Virus record (IMG/VR): IMGVR_UViG_3300042291_001557
Span: 1-64,000 of that record
Reading direction: 5' to 3' (one strand)
DNA: 64,000 nucleotides
Origin: a virus
How positions within the stretch are numbered: the first letter of the stretch is position 1; each line of letters starts with the position of its first letter. Of the stretch, positions 48,025 to 56,770 are shown in pieces. A program made the position numbers and the translations under genes. The notes beneath the pieces are model-generated. The model was not told the DNA's origin. It ran no database searches and saw nothing but the letters and a program-made list of their open reading frames with translations.

Positions 48025-48291
48025 TTACGCTTCCAACGCTGCTTTAGCAGCTAGGTATGCTGCTCTCTGCTCATTTTGGTCATACACGGGAGCGTCATAA
48101 GCATCTCCGTTGTCCTTTATTGCTTGAATGGTTTCTTCAGCCCATTGTTCAGCGTCTTCTTTTGTCCACGGCATCCAGTTGTGAGGGAAGTTAAATTGAC
48201 TTATTGTGCGAGAAAAAGAAGAACCATTAATTTCCCCAGTCCATGTAATGGTTGCTTCATTTTTGTCGTTTACTTCATATGTGTATTCCAT
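48025..48291 (-). CDS. Small acidic protein (putative fibre chaperone)
   Basis: 88 aa, GGAG RBS, QFNFPHNWMPWTKEDAEQWAE; directly follows the collagen/Gly fibre. Confidence 0.65.
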   Translation of the reverse strand: MEYTYEVNDKNEATITWTGEINGSSFSRTISQFNFPHNWMPWTKEDAEQWAEETIQAIKDNGDAYDAPVYDQNEQRAAYLAAKAALEA

Positions 48292-48300
48292 AATATCTCC

Positions 48301-49317
48301 CTAGACAACATACTCAATAATGACAGCGCCATTTGAACCCATGTTCGCAAGGGTGGTGCCTGTGTACCCATTAGCCATGCCCACGGTAAACGAGTAGACA
48401 GTTGACGGAACGGTAGTTACTTGAAAAACTTCCGTTACTCCATCCTGCCCACGACTCGCTTCTATTCTTCCCGAAACCCTAGTATAAACAAGGTCACCAC
48501 TATCCTGCTCTCTAGTCTCCACAGCAACAGCAGTTGCGACACCACCAATTCCTCCAGAGCCAGGGTATCTATTTTCTGCGTCAAAATTGGATGTATTGTT
48601 ACTTGAACTGCCACTAAGTTTAGTTCCGTAAATAATATCACCAGTAATAGTCTCGGTTTTAATCGGTCCCTGTTTGCCCCCAAGAGCGGTATATGTAGTC
48701 CCACCAGCAACAAAGGTTGTTGAGCCACCATCTTCGTAGCCCATCATGGAAGTCGCGGATACAGTAGCGTAGTTGGTTACTGTAAGTGTGGCAAATCCTT
48801 GCCCACCGCCTGCACCAATAAGTGTCAGTTTTATTTGCGTGACACCAGCAGGACAAGTCCATGTTCCGCTACCGTTTGTTGTGTACTTTGTAACATAGAT
48901 TTTGGGGTCCACAGCACTGACTCCTGGGACTCCGCTAACCCCAGGCACGCCACTAACCCCTTGCGGACCAGTTGCACCGGTCGGTCCTCCCGCAGGACCC
49001 GTGGCTCCCGTTAAGCCAGTCGGACCAGTCGGACCTGTCAGACCAGTGGGCCCAGCTATTCCTGTTGGTCCAGTAATTCCTGTTGGTCCAGCAATTCCTG
49101 TTGGCCCTGTTGCCCCAGTCAAACCTGTTGGTCCAGTTGCACCAGTAGGCCCAGTGGGACCCCCTGCAGGCCCTGTTGCTCCTGTTGGACCTGTCGGGCC
49201 AACAACGCCCATAGTGCTTACAAAAAGAGCCCATTTTCCGTCAGTGAATGTCCACGTTTTATTGTTTGTCGTAAACGATGCGCCCGGCGCAGGTGAGTTG
49301 GGGAAATCGATAGCCAT
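48301..49317 (-). CDS. Collagen-like fibre with glycine-rich tip domain
   Basis: [13 protein letters not shown] repeats about 48930-49205, then [21 protein letters not shown]...GAVIIEY. Confidence 0.78.
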   Translation of the reverse strand: MAIDFPNSPAPGASFTTNNKTWTFTDGKWALFVSTMGVVGPTGPTGATGPAGGPTGPTGATGPTGLTGATGPTGIAGPTGITGPTGIAGPTGLTGPTGPTGLTGATGPAGGPTGATGPQGVSGVPGVSGVPGVSAVDPKIYVTKYTTNGSGTWTCPAGVTQIKLTLIGAGGGQGFATLTVTNYATVSATSMMGYEDGGSTTFVAGGTTYTALGGKQGPIKTETITGDIIYGTKLSGSSSNNTSNFDAENRYPGSGGIGGVATAVAVETREQDSGDLVYTRVSGRIEASRGQDGVTEVFQVTTVPSTVYSFTVGMANGYTGTTLANMGSNGAVIIEYVV

Positions 49318-49344
49318 AGGGCTAATTATACCCCGAACTGATTG
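49318..49344 (-). promoter_or_regulatory. Leaderless-type promoter, copy 2
   Basis: Minus strand CAATCAGTTCGGGG-TATAAT-TAGCCCT-ATG. Confidence 0.7.
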
Positions 49345-49350
49345 TGAGGC

Positions 49351-49635
49351 TTAAAACCACCAGAAGTGTTTAAGAATTGAAAGGCTAGCCAAAATCACCC
49401 ACATAACATTGAAAAGGATAATCGTGGGGAGCGTCTTTTCGGTAGATGACCAAATTAGGGCGATACTCGAAGCGATGGCAAATATATAAACCCACCACCA
49501 CTGGTACCCAAGAAGCAGGCCGGGAAAGATGATGGCGATTTTGGTAGCAAAGCCCCAAGCTTCTACGACGTTTGGTCTAGTCCAGTATCCCTTGTGGGAC
49601 ATTGTCTTTGTTGCCTGTATTACCTTTTTCAGCAT
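49351..49635 (-). CDS. Small membrane protein
   Basis: Three hydrophobic segments; GAGG RBS. Confidence 0.65.
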   Translation of the reverse strand: MLKKVIQATKTMSHKGYWTRPNVVEAWGFATKIAIIFPGLLLGYQWWWVYIFAIASSIALIWSSTEKTLPTIILFNVMWVILASLSILKHFWWF

Positions 49636-49792
49636 TTTTCCTCGCTTTATATTCCAGTGTCAACAGGTGAAAAATTGTTAATATTGCACCGCCGGAAAAG
49701 TGTAACTTCCACCCTAACTTTTTCCAACCCTCTTCCGTATTGGGGAAGACTAAGTTATCTGTTTGATAACGGTAATCGCCAAACTTGGACAT
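49577..49792 (-). CDS. Possible hypothetical protein (71 aa)
   Basis: ATG 1 nt after the upstream stop, but overlaps the next gene by 59 nt. Confidence 0.3.
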   Translation of the reverse strand: MSKFGDYRYQTDNLVFPNTEEGWKKLGWKLHFSGGAILTIFHLLTLEYKARKNAEKGNTGNKDNVPQGILD

Positions 49793-49793
49793 T

Positions 49794-50912
49794 TTAGTTA
49801 TAGGTCATATAAGAAAGAAGTGCTTTTTTTGCTGCTATTTCCTCGGCACCTGTTGGGCGCACTGTTGGAATAAGTAAGTTTTCGGACTTCTCAATAAACT
49901 CAAAAATTTCTTCTGCCGTCGTATTGCTGCTGTCTATCTTAAAATCCAAACAAGTTTTATATATAACGCCTTCTATTTTAGAATTCTCTACCGCTAAAAC
50001 GTTTGAATCAATGGTTATATCCTGTGGGTAATTTGCAACGAGGGAATTCAGGGAAATATAGCGCAGTTTTTTTCTAAGCCAGTCAAGAAATAGTGGGCTT
50101 ATGTCTATCTGTTCAATAAAGTCTTGCCTCGGGTTATCTGTTTCTAGGAGGTATCTGTAAACCGGCATGTTTTCTTGATACTCGTTAATCTCGTCAATAA
50201 CTTCTGGGGGCATTTTTATCGCCTCAAGATAACTCTTTGCATCAAGCGCTATTTCATCCGTAACGTTAAAAGGTTCTTCGGCCAAAGAAGCCCACTCGAT
50301 TACTAGTTTCATGCAGCCCATAAAAGTCTTTGACATGCCAACCACGGCAGGCCAGTCTCTATAGGAAGTTCCGATATCGGAAACCCGCATGTAGCTGACA
50401 GTAGATGTTCCAGCAACACTCAGCAAGCTTGCAACCCGTTTAATTGTGTTGTTGTTTATTTTATTTAGGTCAGCTATGAATGGTTTTATCCCATCTCCCA
50501 CCGGATACGCCATCGCCATGAATAAATGTGTTTCGCACCTGTTCTTGTAGTCCCAATACGCATTGACAAATTTTGACTCTACTTGCTGCTTCATTGACAC
50601 TGAATTATAGAAAGAAAACGTATCACTTTCAAGATGACTGGACATAAATGCATATTCATAAAAATGCTCGTAAGGCATCCACTGGACGATTGATTCGCCC
50701 TCTTCGTTAACGAGAACATAATTGTAGTCAGTCTTTCCCAGGTCGAAATTACGAAAAGCAATTATCTGGTAGTTATCTGCAATAAAGATGTCATATTCCG
50801 TATATTCAACATCTCCGTTTGGGTGTCTTATGTAAAGTTTGAAGTCGTCCAAGGATTCATGAACGTAGTAGCAACCATAAAGAGATGGGTCTATTTGAGA
50901 CGTGTTATTCAC
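49794..50912 (-). CDS. Hypothetical protein (372 aa, end of cassette B)
   Basis: Long ORF 3 nt after the DUF6065-like gene; no motif recognised. Confidence 0.7.
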   Translation of the reverse strand: MNNTSQIDPSLYGCYYVHESLDDFKLYIRHPNGDVEYTEYDIFIADNYQIIAFRNFDLGKTDYNYVLVNEEGESIVQWMPYEHFYEYAFMSSHLESDTFSFYNSVSMKQQVESKFVNAYWDYKNRCETHLFMAMAYPVGDGIKPFIADLNKINNNTIKRVASLLSVAGTSTVSYMRVSDIGTSYRDWPAVVGMSKTFMGCMKLVIEWASLAEEPFNVTDEIALDAKSYLEAIKMPPEVIDEINEYQENMPVYRYLLETDNPRQDFIEQIDISPLFLDWLRKKLRYISLNSLVANYPQDITIDSNVLAVENSKIEGVIYKTCLDFKIDSSNTTAEEIFEFIEKSENLLIPTVRPTGAEEIAAKKALLSYMTYN

Positions 50913-50915
50913 TTT

Positions 50916-51710
50916 TTACTTCCTTTTGAGTATTTTTTTAATTATACCTTTTTGTTCAGACTGCTTATCTAAAGCATTATCAACAATTACCCTATTGCGA
51001 CGATAAGGACCAGCAGTCCCATCGCTTGGGGCAACGTGCCCTGTCCCAAACCCTGTTGTAGCAACGTATTTAAAGTAAGACTCGTCGTTGAAGATTATTT
51101 CCCCAAAGTCGGAGTTGCGCTTAAACGGAACTACCTGACACATCGGTGTTCCGTATTTTATGGAAAACGGCCTATCACCAATAGGGTTAATAACCATGTT
51201 TGCTAAGTGGTAGAAATCCGTATGAACGATTGACGGAACGAGCGTGTAGTCCTCGTTTGGTTCCCAGTACGGTGGGAGAATCATCGACGACCAGCCTGGG
51301 GCTGTTTCAAAGCGCCACGGATTAATTATCTTTGGGTATTGGCCCGTTGCTACTTTTCTGACAGCAGTCATTGGGCATTCACCGGTGGAGTGAGCAGAAA
51401 ATCCTGATATTGAATTTATCCCAGCTTGTGGTGCAAAATCGTCCCCCGCCGTTTCCCATGTCTCGCCATTTGGGTCTAGACGGAATCTAAAATTTGTCCA
51501 CATAGGAATAGTGACGCCAGCAGTAAGAAAATCTATTGTTCCAGCGCATTTGCGAATGGAGCCCTGATGCTTACCAATTTTCTTAAACCACATAGGAGGA
51601 TTCTGTACTGTGTTAACAAATGGAGGCATCTCCATCAATCTGTTATCCATCGGTGTGAATCTTATTTGTCCAGGTTTTACTGGCGGCATCTTGGTCATTA
51701 TTGGTTCCAT
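50916..51710 (-). CDS. DUF6065-like protein (cassette B)
   Basis: PMWFKK...IRKCAG..DF..AGVTIPMW...KIINPWRFETAPGWS...VHTDFYH...GTPMCQVVPFKR. Confidence 0.65.
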   Translation of the reverse strand: MEPIMTKMPPVKPGQIRFTPMDNRLMEMPPFVNTVQNPPMWFKKIGKHQGSIRKCAGTIDFLTAGVTIPMWTNFRFRLDPNGETWETAGDDFAPQAGINSISGFSAHSTGECPMTAVRKVATGQYPKIINPWRFETAPGWSSMILPPYWEPNEDYTLVPSIVHTDFYHLANMVINPIGDRPFSIKYGTPMCQVVPFKRNSDFGEIIFNDESYFKYVATTGFGTGHVAPSDGTAGPYRRNRVIVDNALDKQSEQKGIIKKILKRK

Positions 51711-53206
51711 TCTTTGTCAATCAACACAATTTCCCGCAAAGCAGTAGCGTGGTCGACTTGTTCGCCACTATTCCGATTTGCTTTGTATTCTGCAATTTTT
51801 TTCTCAACGCTTTGCCGTATCCCAAGCCTATTGAGGGCAGTGGTGGCCGCATCTGGATTGATGGCGTTTTGACCTTGAGCAACATGCCACAAGTGTGCCG
51901 ACAAAAACATCTCGCCGTTTAATGCACTAAAATCAAATCTGGTTGGTGGACGCTCCGCCCATAACTCAATCATCTCCTGCAATTCTTCATTGAGTGGCGT
52001 TACTGACATTTCCCGCCAAAATGGAGTGTCCTGCCTATCCGAATAATAATGGAGACGAACCATCGTAAGAATATTGCGCATCATCAGCTTCATGCTGGCG
52101 TTAAAGTGTTTCTGAGATGCTGTGTGCCCAGGTTGATACGAAGCAAGATAGGGGACAATTTGTTTTACTTGCTGAATTGTTGAACCTATGCTAGAGGCCT
52201 CTAATGGCTCCACAAAAGAAGAAGCCAGCCCGATTGCACAACAGTTCTTTACCCATGTGTTCTTTAGATAGCCCGCGTCAAAATTAATAACACGATGGGC
52301 TTCAATCTTGTAGCCGGACATCTCTTCGGCTTCACGTACCGCTTCTTCTTCGGTTATAAATTTAGACGAAAATACGTATCCGTTTCCACGCCGTTCTTGA
52401 GTGGGGAGTTCCCAGAGCCACCCGGAAGAGGCAGCACGAGCACGTGTGTAGGGACGAATTCTTCCGTTGGGGTCAGATTCCGTAGGAAACGCAATTGCCG
52501 TATCGCACAAAAGATGGTCACTGAAAGAAGACCAATCATCTGCCCCAAGTTTTTTCATCAATATTCTGCTAAAGCCACTAGCGTCAAACCAAAAGTCTGA
52601 CGCAATGGTTTCATTTGATTTGGTTACTACGGATAGTATATTTCCGTTTTCGCTATCAAGATTAATAGAATCTACTTCTGCCTCAATAAACTCAATCTGT
52701 CTCTTGAACGCCAGAGTAATTAGATAATTATTTAGCTTATGCGTATCAAAATGGTATTGATTTGTAGACCGGTGCATTCCCGCTTTGCTGATTTTGTCTT
52801 TTACCAATGCAACGTTCGTAATCTGTGGGGTCAAAAGCTTCCCCTCTTCCAGATATTGCATATAAGTTGCGTGTGCTCCAAAAGCATAAATATCATCTAC
52901 GTCACCTACGCTATGAAAATAGTCAGGATTTTTTGTTGTCCAGTTTTCAAATCTAATTCCGTACTTATGCGTACCAGCTGTCTCGACAAGCATTTCTTCA
53001 ATAGGGATGTCACATAGGTCAGCAAACTGACGCCAGTGTTCCGTGCTTCCCTCCCCCACGCCAATAATCCCAATTTTTGAGGACGATACAACTTTTATTC
53101 CCGCTATGGGAAAGGCTTTGCGCAAAATCAAAGAAGCAAGTAGTCCTGCTGTTCCAGACCCGACGATGGTAATAATAAATGGTTTTTTTTCTTGTTTGTA
53201 ATCCAT
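51698..53206 (-). CDS. Flavin-dependent halogenase, tryptophan-halogenase family (cassette B)
   Basis: GSGTAG, IGVGEGS, GTHKYGIRF, YHFD, GWLWELP, FVEPLEASSI. Confidence 0.92.
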   Translation of the reverse strand: MDYKQEKKPFIITIVGSGTAGLLASLILRKAFPIAGIKVVSSSKIGIIGVGEGSTEHWRQFADLCDIPIEEMLVETAGTHKYGIRFENWTTKNPDYFHSVGDVDDIYAFGAHATYMQYLEEGKLLTPQITNVALVKDKISKAGMHRSTNQYHFDTHKLNNYLITLAFKRQIEFIEAEVDSINLDSENGNILSVVTKSNETIASDFWFDASGFSRILMKKLGADDWSSFSDHLLCDTAIAFPTESDPNGRIRPYTRARAASSGWLWELPTQERRGNGYVFSSKFITEEEAVREAEEMSGYKIEAHRVINFDAGYLKNTWVKNCCAIGLASSFVEPLEASSIGSTIQQVKQIVPYLASYQPGHTASQKHFNASMKLMMRNILTMVRLHYYSDRQDTPFWREMSVTPLNEELQEMIELWAERPPTRFDFSALNGEMFLSAHLWHVAQGQNAINPDAATTALNRLGIRQSVEKKIAEYKANRNSGEQVDHATALREIVLIDKEWNQ

Positions 53207-53223
53207 AACTGAATCTTACTCTA

Positions 53224-53805
53224 CTAGCAAAACCATGTCACTAGAGAGTGCTTAACGCCTTCAAGGACGGGATGGGCAACATGCAAGTAGGGGAAATTTG
53301 AAGGAAACATAAGAACCGAACCTGTTTTCAGCTTGACGGTCACATCAAAGGTGGGAAACTCTAATTCTCCGCCACTTTCGGCTTCCCCAAGGGATGCGAC
53401 AATACTAAAAACACGCCTATTGTCTCTCCAGTGGTCATAGTGAGCACGATATTCTCCTCCTTGGTAGTATTTGAGGATTGCAAATTCTTCAGGGATGGCG
53501 TCCTCTATCATGAATTCTTGACGGTAATCTTCGGCGACCGCCATGCAGGGTAAAAAAATGTTTTTTTGGTAGAAATCAGATAATTCAGTTTTTTCATACG
53601 GAGGGAGCAAAGACGTAAGAACACAATTAATAGAAGTTCTAGTATCGGTCGTTGACCCTGCTCCGGTTTTACCGTAGTCCCATTCGAGGCCGGACCACTC
53701 GTTCGCAGTTTCTTCTTCTACTTTAGCTAAGAACTCAATCGCTACTGATTCAGGGAACACGTCTTCATACAGGGATACGCACGGTGCTATTTTTGTATTT
53801 TTCAT
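53224..53805 (-). CDS. 2OG-Fe(II) oxygenase (cassette B)
   Basis: LKY...HYD...GGELEF...FPSNFPYLHVAHPV...KH..VTW. Confidence 0.9.
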   Translation of the reverse strand: MKNTKIAPCVSLYEDVFPESVAIEFLAKVEEETANEWSGLEWDYGKTGAGSTTDTRTSINCVLTSLLPPYEKTELSDFYQKNIFLPCMAVAEDYRQEFMIEDAIPEEFAILKYYQGGEYRAHYDHWRDNRRVFSIVASLGEAESGGELEFPTFDVTVKLKTGSVLMFPSNFPYLHVAHPVLEGVKHSLVTWFC

Positions 53806-54218
53806 ATAACCCTAAATTCCCCAGAACAATAGTCTTCTGTTTCAGAAACAGTAATTTTATACTTCCAATTTCCCAGACTAACGTATCTTGAACGAAAACG
53901 CAAGCTATGAACCTGACGAACGGAAGGTTTTGTAATTACCGTTTCCCCGGTTTCTGAAGTAGCAATCAATCGAGCATCGCGTCCAAAAAAAACAAATTCG
54001 TCTGTCAGGTCAATGCAGAAAACGTATCCAGACTCAACGGTAGGCGGTATTTCTACCACTTTTTTGTATGGGACACTAACGATGCAAATATCTGTGTATT
54101 TGTTGTCTTCCCCAACCTGTATGGACAGCATTGTTTTTTTTGCCAACTCTATGGCCTTTAAGGGGATTTCATTGTTTTCCAGAAGTAGGGATACTGGAAC
54201 ATGAATAAATCTTTTCAC
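53802..54218 (-). CDS. Hypothetical protein (cassette B; paralogue of 43761-44204)
   Basis: GTGA/ATGA coupling on both sides; same slot as in cassette A. Confidence 0.65.
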   Translation of the reverse strand: MKRFIHVPVSLLLENNEIPLKAIELAKKTMLSIQVGEDNKYTDICIVSVPYKKVVEIPPTVESGYVFCIDLTDEFVFFGRDARLIATSETGETVITKPSVRQVHSLRFRSRYVSLGNWKYKITVSETEDYCSGEFRVI

Positions 54219-54442
54219 GACAGTTCGGTGATTTTTACTTTTACCCGATTGAGAGCATTTACTAACTCTTGAATACGAATGTACTCACCAGTGAAATTTG
54301 TTCCAGTAAAGCCAACTTCTTCATCAAAAGTTTCTGGGTCAACATTCAAACGAACAAGAAGCGTATACAGCTCTTTTTCTATTCCGGATTTTGAACTTTG
54401 ACAAAGTTCAATTTTTTCTGCTTGCGTTAAGTTGAATTCCAT
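54215..54442 (-). CDS. Small acidic helical protein (cassette B)
   Basis: AGGAG RBS; LNVDPETFD motif. Confidence 0.72.
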   Translation of the reverse strand: MEFNLTQAEKIELCQSSKSGIEKELYTLLVRLNVDPETFDEEVGFTGTNFTGEYIRIQELVNALNRVKVKITELS

Positions 54443-54450
54443 GATTTCTC

Positions 54451-56061
54451 CTACGAATTAATTAATACGTACGCTGCACCCGCGGAGGCAACATAGTTGT
54501 CTGAGTCGACCGTTAGTCCTGCGCGAGTATCGTAAGTGATTGTGTTTGCTATTGAGTCCGTGACGATAAGGATAGCACCGCCGCCACCGGCCCCACCACG
54601 TTTTCCATTTGGACCAGCAATCGCTGGCCCTCCTGCTCCTCCTGCCCCTCCTGCTCCGCCTGGATATACTGTTGGCGCAACATGTGTTGAAACGCTATTG
54701 GGGTGATGAGAATGTCTTGCGGTAGTCCCTGAGGGTCCTGCATAAAAAACGGCCCCAACGCCAACTCCGTTATTGTGATGAGGGTGGTTATTGCCAAAGT
54801 GAATATGGTTGTCACTCCCTCCGGCATTACCTATCCAATCCATGTGGTGATTATGACCCGTGGTCGCGCCGTGTGAATGGCCACCATGGCTGTTTGGTTT
54901 TTGATGATAGTGAGGAAATGGATAATGATGAGTTATCTGAAAATAAGCGTGCCACCAGTGCGGTTCCCAGTGGTGTGCTCCACCGTGGGGTCCATCGTTG
55001 TGGGGGGAATGGTGATGGCCATTGTGGTGGTGATGAGGGGTCGCGTGGTGATGCGGGGTTCCTCTATGAAAGTGGTGAGGGGTCGAGTGGGCACCATGAG
55101 CCCCATGCTTGGCGTCGGTAAGGGCATGAACATGCTCTTGAACGTTTTCGTGTTGCTGGACGTGCTGCCGAACGCCATGCTTATGCATGTTTGAGTGATT
55201 AGTGTAATAGTGATGATGGTCAGGGTTATGGGTTGCGGGATGCGCAACGTTAACGTTCGGATTGGGGTGTGAGTAAGCAGGGGCGGGTGTTCCCGTACCA
55301 CCCGCAGTACCCGCAGTACCTGCGCCACCCGCCGTTCCTGCGACACCCGACATTCCCAGTGAAATTATTTTCCCTGTTCCTACAACCGTTTTAGCTACTA
55401 CACAAACAACTGCTCCACCTGCTCCGCCAATTCCACTGACTCCGGAAGTTCCAGGCGTCCCAGCATTTCCAGTTCCACCAGTCCCCCCTCTGCCTCCGAC
55501 TGCACCAACAGTGTGTGCGTTTGGAGCGTACGAACCAGCCGCTCCTGCTGTGCCTGGACTTCCTGGAGACGGTGCGGCTCCTGCGGTTGGAGCACCAGCA
55601 GTACCTCCAACTCCTCCACCTATGTTTTGAAAACCTGACGGGGTTGGAACTAAGCCACCAGCCATCGCATCGATTGACTTAAATAAATACAGCGGGAGCG
55701 GATTGCCGCCTGGGTTTGTTCCGCCTCCGCCCACTCCACCAGCGTTGTAGGTAATAGGAACGGTGTTTGTTCCCACAGTAGTTTTAGTTGTTACTGCGGT
55801 CGGCTCTCCAACTACACCTGCAGTAACAGAACCGGAACCAATATAGCCATTTAGCGTTAGTGTGTTTTTAACAAAAACTCTGTAGCCGTTTGTCTTTAAC
55901 AAAACTCCCGAGTTTACAGTGAGGTTGTTGTAGTACATATCGCTCGTTATGGAAGTATCTGACGAAACAGTAACGTTTCCATCAGTACCCTGACCATAGA
56001 TGTCGTCGTTACCTAGTCTTTGCGAAAAGCTTTGAGTCCTAAACTTCTCTATGCCAGCCAT
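54451..56061 (-). CDS. Glycine-rich putative adhesin/fibre tip, 536 aa, with an extremely His-rich insert (cassette B)
   Basis: Same scaffold motifs as 44489-46618; insert about 54664-55278 has roughly 54 His in 205 residues (hand count). Confidence 0.78.
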   Translation of the reverse strand: MAGIEKFRTQSFSQRLGNDDIYGQGTDGNVTVSSDTSITSDMYYNNLTVNSGVLLKTNGYRVFVKNTLTLNGYIGSGSVTAGVVGEPTAVTTKTTVGTNTVPITYNAGGVGGGGTNPGGNPLPLYLFKSIDAMAGGLVPTPSGFQNIGGGVGGTAGAPTAGAAPSPGSPGTAGAAGSYAPNAHTVGAVGGRGGTGGTGNAGTPGTSGVSGIGGAGGAVVCVVAKTVVGTGKIISLGMSGVAGTAGGAGTAGTAGGTGTPAPAYSHPNPNVNVAHPATHNPDHHHYYTNHSNMHKHGVRQHVQQHENVQEHVHALTDAKHGAHGAHSTPHHFHRGTPHHHATPHHHHNGHHHSPHNDGPHGGAHHWEPHWWHAYFQITHHYPFPHYHQKPNSHGGHSHGATTGHNHHMDWIGNAGGSDNHIHFGNNHPHHNNGVGVGAVFYAGPSGTTARHSHHPNSVSTHVAPTVYPGGAGGAGGAGGPAIAGPNGKRGGAGGGGAILIVTDSIANTITYDTRAGLTVDSDNYVASAGAAYVLINS

Positions 56062-56062
56062 T

Positions 56063-56770
56063 TTAAACCAACTGCATGTAATTTACAGTGCCAGGATTCT
56101 GTCCAGTTACATCTGTTGTGACGTTTGCAGGAAGACCGGCTGCCGACGAAACCACAAGGACAACTCCCCCGCCAGCAGGGGCAGTTGCTTTTGCTGAAAT
56201 CTCGGCCGTGCCGCTTAGTGGACCCGAGATATACCTTGCGGCGACTATTACTATTCCGCCACCTTTTTGTCCAGCGCCACCGGCTCCACCACGAAGATAT
56301 GTTGGGCCACCCGAAGCAGTAAGAGAATATCCTAGAACCGCATTTCTTGGTTGCTGGAAATACTTAGCTCCTCCCAAGGAGTCTAATGGGGCAGTTGCCG
56401 TATAGCCAGTTGCTGAACCACCAAGAGAATGAGCAACAGCCAAGGAAGCTACCTGTCCCTGGAGTATTGAGCCACTGTCCGAATACCCAGTTATGTATCC
56501 AATACGGGAAGATGTTCCTAGTGTGAGTATGTTTTTGACAAACAAACGATATCCGTTTGGTTTTAAATGAATGTTGTCATTAATCGTTAGGTTGAACAGA
56601 TACAAGTCCGCAACCATGGAATAAACGTTTGATGCCGGAATCATCCCCAAAACAGTGGATGAGCCATTAAGGGTCGCTGAACCATCAGCCCCAGAACCGT
56701 AAACAGAATCGGCAGCATCAATGAATTGCCCAAAAGCATTCAAGGCTGGATAGCGGGCCACGCCAGCCAT
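56063..56770 (-). CDS. Short glycine-rich scaffold protein (cassette B)
   Basis: MAGVARYP...YGSGADG...NYMQLV. Confidence 0.75.
   Translation of the reverse strand: MAGVARYPALNAFGQFIDAADSVYGSGADGSATLNGSSTVLGMIPASNVYSMVADLYLFNLTINDNIHLKPNGYRLFVKNILTLGTSSRIGYITGYSDSGSILQGQVASLAVAHSLGGSATGYTATAPLDSLGGAKYFQQPRNAVLGYSLTASGGPTYLRGGAGGAGQKGGGIVIVAARYISGPLSGTAEISAKATAPAGGGVVLVVSSAAGLPANVTTDVTGQNPGTVNYMQLV

Noticed and set aside
44632-49354. Plus-strand Pro/Ala/Val-rich ORFs (45195..45464, 45561..45839, 48902..49354 and others)
   Set aside because: Antisense read-outs of Gly-X-X codon repeats, with no RBS or independent features. The same applies to 29186..29650.
44489-56061. Diversity-generating retroelement acting on the variable tips
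   Set aside because: No reverse transcriptase and no near-identical template/variable repeat pair differing at adenines was seen in this window.
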